Below are positions 59,561-64,000 of a stretch of 64,000 nucleotides of DNA, piece after piece (the first letter of the stretch is position 1; the number at the start of each line of letters is the position of its first letter). The position numbers were made by a program, and so were the translations under genes. A model generated the notes under the pieces. That model had not been told where the DNA came from. It did no database searches and saw only the letters and a list, made by a program, of their open reading frames with translations. The stretch is from an uncultured Gammaproteobacteria bacterium (lineage in GTDB: Bacteria; Patescibacteriota; Patescibacteriia; Veblenbacterales; UBA10138). Where the stretch lies: contig CAYVOI010000001.1 in NCBI GenBank assembly GCA_964453605.1, forward strand, positions 676,095-740,094. Direction: 5' to 3'.

Positions 59561-59562
59561 CT

Positions 59563-60231
59563 TTATGTTCCCGACACTACGACCACAAACTCGCCTTTGC
59601 TCGACGAGGCTTGCAGCTGCTCCGCCACTTGAGCAGCGGTACCACGGTACACGGCTTCAAACGCCTTGGTGAGCTCGCGGCACACGACCAGCTGTCGCTC
59701 GGGGGTGAGGCGCTCAAGCTCAGCCAGAGCTTTACCAATGCGGTGGGTGGACTCGTAGAATACCACGGGATACTCGCTCCCCGCCACATTGCGGAAAAAC
59801 GTTTGCCGACCCTTTTTGTGCGGCGGAAACCCAAGGAATACATAGTGCTGTGCGTTGAGCCCGGCCACCGACAGCGCCGCGGTAACTGCCGCAGGCCCAG
59901 GTATGGGTACCACGCGAATTCCGGCTTGAGCTACGGCAGCCACCAGTTTACCCCCGGGGTCGCTGAGGCCTGGTGTGCCGGCGTCAGAAACATAGGCTAG
60001 TGATTCGCCACCCCGGAGGCGATCCAACAAGCCAGCAACTACTGCTGGTGGTGAGTGGTGGTGGTAGCTCAGCGTTACTGTGCTAATGCCAAAGTGCGTG
60101 AGGAGCTTCCGGGTTACCCGCGTGTCCTCACACACCACTGCCGCCACACCACGCAAAACCCCAAGCGCTCGGGCGGTAATATCCCCCAGGTTCCCAATCG
60201 GCGTCGCCACCACGTAGAGCACGCCCGGCAT
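59563..60231 (-). CDS. rsmI: 16S rRNA C1402 2'-O-methyltransferase
   Basis: LYVVATPIGNLGDIT, CEDTR, SDAGTP.LSDPG, RELTK; likely start ATG 60231. Confidence 0.95.
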   Translation of the reverse strand: MPGVLYVVATPIGNLGDITARALGVLRGVAAVVCEDTRVTRKLLTHFGISTVTLSYHHHSPPAVVAGLLDRLRGGESLAYVSDAGTPGLSDPGGKLVAAVAQAGIRVVPIPGPAAVTAALSVAGLNAQHYVFLGFPPHKKGRQTFFRNVAGSEYPVVFYESTHRIGKALAELERLTPERQLVVCRELTKAFEAVYRGTAAQVAEQLQASSSKGEFVVVVSGT

Positions 60232-60241
60232 GGTGACGTAC

Positions 60242-61285
60242 CTAGCCGGCAGCTCCAAACGGCGGCTCGGTGCTGGAGCGAGCCTCAAACAGATCTGACA
60301 CTACCACGGCAATCGCCGTCACCAGGGGGATAGCCATGAGCGCACCCACCACACCACCTAAGCGCGCCCCCACTAAAATGGCAGCAATAGAAATTACGGG
60401 GTTAAGCCCCACCGCCTTCTTCATCACCACAGGTACAATTACGTTGTTCTCCAGCTGCTGCGCTACCAGGTAGAGTATGGCGACCCAAAACGCAGCTGTG
60501 GGCGACACCGACAGCGCTAGGAAAATGCCCGGCAGCGCGCCTAAAATTGGGCCCACGTAGGGAATAATTTCCGTAATGCCAGCCCACAGCCCCAACGTCA
60601 GGGCGTAATCCATGCGCAGGAGCCTCAAGCCAAGGTAGACCAACAGGCCGATGATGAGCATGAGCAAGAGCTGACCCCTGAGCCACTGCCCCAGTTTTTG
60701 CTGAATTTTGCCCATGGCGTTGTCGACGCGTCCTTGGTAGCTCTTCGGGGTAATAGAGTGGATGAACCGCTTGAGGCCGTTCTCCTGCACCACCAGGTAG
60801 AACGCCATGACAAAGGTAGCCACGAACTGTACAAAGCCGCCAAAGATAGCGGCCAAGGTAGAGAAGAGTGAGCCGGTAGCTGAGGCTAGGGCGGCGCCCG
60901 CCGACTCGACCAGCTGCTGCAGTGATGACACCACCTGGTCGTTGAAGGCGCTAGTGTGGGAAATGCTCATGAGCAGACGATCGTACGTGCCGGGGAGCTG
61001 GCTGGCTAGGTCCCCGAGCTGGGAGATGAGTGGCGGCACCATGAGCACAATGATGAGCGCAAACACCGAAAACAGCCCGAGGTAGATGAGTAGCACCCCG
61101 AGGGCGCGGGGGATATGGTTGTGCTGGAGCCAATCCACGGCCGGGTCAAGCGCGGTCGAAATAATAACCGCCACAAACACCAGTGCCAGCACATCGAGCA
61201 CTTGGTAGAAAAAGTACAGGCCAAAACCAACCAGCGCTACCTTGATGATAGTGTTGAAGGAAATGTTGAAGTTGGTTTGCTCCAT
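60242..61285 (-). CDS. AI-2E family transporter
   Basis: WLRGQ, IPYVGP, QQLENN..VP, GLNP, GALMAIP. Confidence 0.9.
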   Translation of the reverse strand: MEQTNFNISFNTIIKVALVGFGLYFFYQVLDVLALVFVAVIISTALDPAVDWLQHNHIPRALGVLLIYLGLFSVFALIIVLMVPPLISQLGDLASQLPGTYDRLLMSISHTSAFNDQVVSSLQQLVESAGAALASATGSLFSTLAAIFGGFVQFVATFVMAFYLVVQENGLKRFIHSITPKSYQGRVDNAMGKIQQKLGQWLRGQLLLMLIIGLLVYLGLRLLRMDYALTLGLWAGITEIIPYVGPILGALPGIFLALSVSPTAAFWVAILYLVAQQLENNVIVPVVMKKAVGLNPVISIAAILVGARLGGVVGALMAIPLVTAIAVVVSDLFEARSSTEPPFGAAG

Positions 61286-61289
61286 AGGT

Positions 61290-62564
61290 TTAGGGTCGTG
61301 AGCTTAAGAGCTTACGCCACTCGGTCTGGTTTCGGAAGGGGCCGATGAGGGCCAAAGTTGCGTGCGTAAGGTTTAACACTTCACGGGCGGCGGCGGTAAG
61401 CTGGCTGGAGCTAACCTTGGCCAGGCGCCGCAAGTGCTGCTCAGGGGTTTCCCGGCTCTGCTCAAGGAACAGGCGCTTAGCTGCCCAGTCGGCCTGAGCC
61501 GCCGCGTCCTCCAGGGCCAGGGTGAACCTACCTCTACTATACTCCTTTGCCCGTGAAAGTTCATCCTTACCTACGCCTTCAGCCGCCACCCGCGCCAGCT
61601 CCTCGCGAATGAGGCGAATGGCCAAGGGCAGCCGGGCACGGTCGAGGCCGGCCTGCACCACAAACAGGCCCGTGCCTTGGTAGCAATCCACCCCCGCACG
61701 CACCGAGTAGCACAAGCCCTCTTTCTCCCGAAGCCTCACGAACAAACGCGAGCTCATGTTGCCGCCCAAAATGGTGGAGAGTAGCTCAAGCGGGAGCAGA
61801 CGCTTATGGGTGTAGCCGTAGCCTGGGAACCCGAGGGCGAGCTGCACCTGTTCGGTTTCTTTAAAGTGGAGGGCAACGTGCGGCTGCTTTGGTTTAGGTA
61901 CAAAGGGCTTAAATTTGCCAGCGCGACCAGTGGGGCGCTTGGCACCAAACCACTTTTTCAACGCACGCTCAGCTGGTGCACTCACCTTACCTGCTACCAC
62001 CAAGAGCATGTTGGCAGGGTGGTAGTAGCTCTCCCAAAAGTGCATGAGCTGCGCTCGCTTCAAAGCCAAGACACTTTCACGGGTGCCACTAATAAGTGTA
62101 CCTAAGGTGCTGCCGCGGAACACTCCCCCCTCTAACAGGTCGCCAATGTGCATGAGAGGGTTGTCTTCATACATGTTTATCTCCTCCACAATCACCTTTT
62201 TCTCGCGCTCAAGCTCACTGGCGTCAAAGCGCGAGTGCCAGAGCATGTCGGAGAGCACGTCGAGCGCAAGTGGCAGGTGTTCAGCCGCCGCTTTGATGTA
62301 GTAACCCGTGAACTCTTTGGTGGTGTAGGCGTTGAACTCAGCGCCCACGCCGTCCAAAGTTTGCGTGAGAGTCCGCGCGTCAGGCCGGCGATCCGTACCC
62401 TTAAACAGCATGTGCTCTAAAAAGTGCGACAGGCCGCTCTCGGCTGGAGTTTCCAGGCGCGAGCCTACGCGCACTAACACGTGCACAGCCGCTGTTGCCG
62501 TGCCTACCATAGGCACGGTTATAAGCGGCAAGCCGTTGGAGAGTCGCTTGAATGTGGTGGCCAT
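61290..62564 (-). CDS. M16-family zinc peptidase
   Basis: SHFLEHMLFKG, NAYT, MSSRLF..LREKEGL. Confidence 0.92.
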   Translation of the reverse strand: MATTFKRLSNGLPLITVPMVGTATAAVHVLVRVGSRLETPAESGLSHFLEHMLFKGTDRRPDARTLTQTLDGVGAEFNAYTTKEFTGYYIKAAAEHLPLALDVLSDMLWHSRFDASELEREKKVIVEEINMYEDNPLMHIGDLLEGGVFRGSTLGTLISGTRESVLALKRAQLMHFWESYYHPANMLLVVAGKVSAPAERALKKWFGAKRPTGRAGKFKPFVPKPKQPHVALHFKETEQVQLALGFPGYGYTHKRLLPLELLSTILGGNMSSRLFVRLREKEGLCYSVRAGVDCYQGTGLFVVQAGLDRARLPLAIRLIREELARVAAEGVGKDELSRAKEYSRGRFTLALEDAAAQADWAAKRLFLEQSRETPEQHLRRLAKVSSSQLTAAAREVLNLTHATLALIGPFRNQTEWRKLLSSRP

Positions 62565-62565
62565 A

Positions 62566-63174
62566 CTACAATGGTATGTTCAAAATGAAATTTTGCAGCG
62601 GCTTTCCAATTGCATCCTGCCAAAATATATCCTGTTCCGCCTGGCTCATTTCAGATATATACTTCCCGCTGGTGGGGTCAATCTGAATGGATTCAAGTGG
62701 GTAGCCGTCAATAATTTTTGAACTTGGAACACTAGTAAAGGTTCGTGGAGAGACTATCGTCGTTTCATGAACTACTCCGTCCGGAGTGGCTACACAAATA
62801 GCAAATTCCCATCGGCCAGTGGTTTGCTCACCAAACTTTCGGATAAGCCCAGCATAGTAGGTAAGCAGTTCATGATCACTCGGCCGTTCGACTCCCCTGC
62901 CAATGCGCCTGACGTGCAGACCAGGCTGCTCTGCTAGGGGAAGCTTATCAAAATAGAGCGCGTTATCCATGGAAAGTACAGTTACCCCGAGCTGCCTGGC
63001 ATAGGTTACTGCCTTTTTCCTGGCATTTTCCTGTGCCGTATTCCCATATTCTTCAACCGGGCGGAAAGAGGCCTTATCTTTCACACCTGTCACTGCGACA
63101 CCAATAGGTGCAAGTGCGCCTTGTAACTGCTTTACTTTTGCCTCATTCGTAGTTGCAAAAACAATCTGCTTCAC
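62566..63174 (-). CDS. Ham1/ITPase-like nucleotide pyrophosphatase
   Basis: FATTNEAK, EEYGNT..ENARKKA, PGLHVRR. Confidence 0.75.
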   Translation of the reverse strand: MKQIVFATTNEAKVKQLQGALAPIGVAVTGVKDKASFRPVEEYGNTAQENARKKAVTYARQLGVTVLSMDNALYFDKLPLAEQPGLHVRRIGRGVERPSDHELLTYYAGLIRKFGEQTTGRWEFAICVATPDGVVHETTIVSPRTFTSVPSSKIIDGYPLESIQIDPTSGKYISEMSQAEQDIFWQDAIGKPLQNFILNIPL

Positions 63175-63179
63175 TGAAA

Positions 63180-64000
63180 TTATTTTAATTTTTCCATTAC
63201 ATAAGCCGCCAGTTCTGCCATCGCTACCCGCTCCTGTTTCATGGTATCTCGATCGCGCACGGTGACTGCTTTGTCTTGAAGCGTTTCAAAATCCACCGTT
63301 ATACAGTACGGCGTGCCAATTTCGTCTTGCCGCCTATAGCGCTTGCCAATGGACTGCGTGTCGTCATACTCAACAGAAAACTGCTGCCTGAGTTCACTCG
63401 CGAGTTTGGTTGACACTTGGGCCAGCTCGTCTTTTTTCGACAGCGGCAGCACAGCCACCTGAATAGGCGCGAGGTGTTTGGGAAGCCTTAGCACAATGCG
63501 CGTTTCGGTTTTTCCATCTTCGGCTGTGGGTGCCTCTTCCTCATGGTACGCCTCAAGCAGAGTTACGAGCAGGGTGCGCTCCAAACCCATGGAGGGTTCC
63601 ACCACGTGGGGCATAAACGTCTCTTTGGTTTCAGGGTCGGTGTAGGTAAGGTCGGCACCAGAGGCCTTAGCGTGTTGGGCTAAATCGTAATCGGTTCGAT
63701 ACGCTAATCCATACAGCTCCTTTTGCCCAAACGGGTACTGGTATTCAATGTCGATAGTACGCTTGGAGTAGTGAGCGCGCTCACCCTCGGGAATTTCGTG
63801 GAACACCAAGTGTTTGTCGCTGACCCCCAAACTCTTGAGCCAGGACTTCATAACGGAAAGCCACATATCGAACGCCTGCTCCCAAGTTTCGGGCTTTACA
63901 AAGTACTCCAGCTCCATAATTTCAAACTCGCGCGTACGGAAAATAAAGTTGCCTGGCGTAATCTCGTTACGGAACGCCTTGCCAAGCTGGGCAATGCCAA
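63180..64000 (-). CDS. glyQS: Glycine--tRNA ligase (alpha2 type), 3' part; truncated by the window edge
   Basis: AHYSKRT.DIEY, ELYGLA.RTDYDL, IGKRYRRQDEIGTP; upstream frame reads GKAFRNEITPGNFIFRTREFE. Confidence 0.93.
   Translation of the reverse strand, partial: GIAQLGKAFRNEITPGNFIFRTREFEIMELEYFVKPETWEQAFDMWLSVMKSWLKSLGVSDKHLVFHEIPEGERAHYSKRTIDIEYQYPFGQKELYGLAYRTDYDLAQHAKASGADLTYTDPETKETFMPHVVEPSMGLERTLLVTLLEAYHEEEAPTAEDGKTETRIVLRLPKHLAPIQVAVLPLSKKDELAQVSTKLASELRQQFSVEYDDTQSIGKRYRRQDEIGTPYCITVDFETLQDKAVTVRDRDTMKQERVAMAELAAYVMEKLK

Overview
This is a chromosomal window from a Patescibacteria (CPR) bacterium, probably Parcubacteria/ABY1-like; the taxonomy is inferred from gene content. Almost all genes are on the minus strand. 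In order, it holds a cell-envelope glycosylation cluster, secreted and surface proteins (S8 protease with FG-GAP repeats, a 1220-aa S-layer-like protein) with an ECF sigma/anti-sigma pair, and a complete diversity-generating retroelement (DGR). Then come a radical SAM gene, gyrB, pheST, a UvrD-nuclease, an F1Fo ATP synthase operon, a seven-gene cohesin/dockerin plus WxL/DUF916-like surface cluster, rmuC, two orphan DGR-target-like genes, tatD, cvpA, metG, rsmI and glyS. The standout is the DGR at 20623-23720. By manual alignment its 120-bp TR/VR pair differs at 15 positions, 13 of them at TR adenines. Its layout is unusual: avd is antisense to everything else, overlaps the RT head-to-head and converges on the TR across a bidirectional hairpin. 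Other signals are palindrome-flanked gene units, a palindrome that also encodes the end of an ArsR protein, AT-rich genes inserted inside core operons, and several ORF-less candidate ncRNAs. Products were assigned by motif recognition only; no database searches were run.
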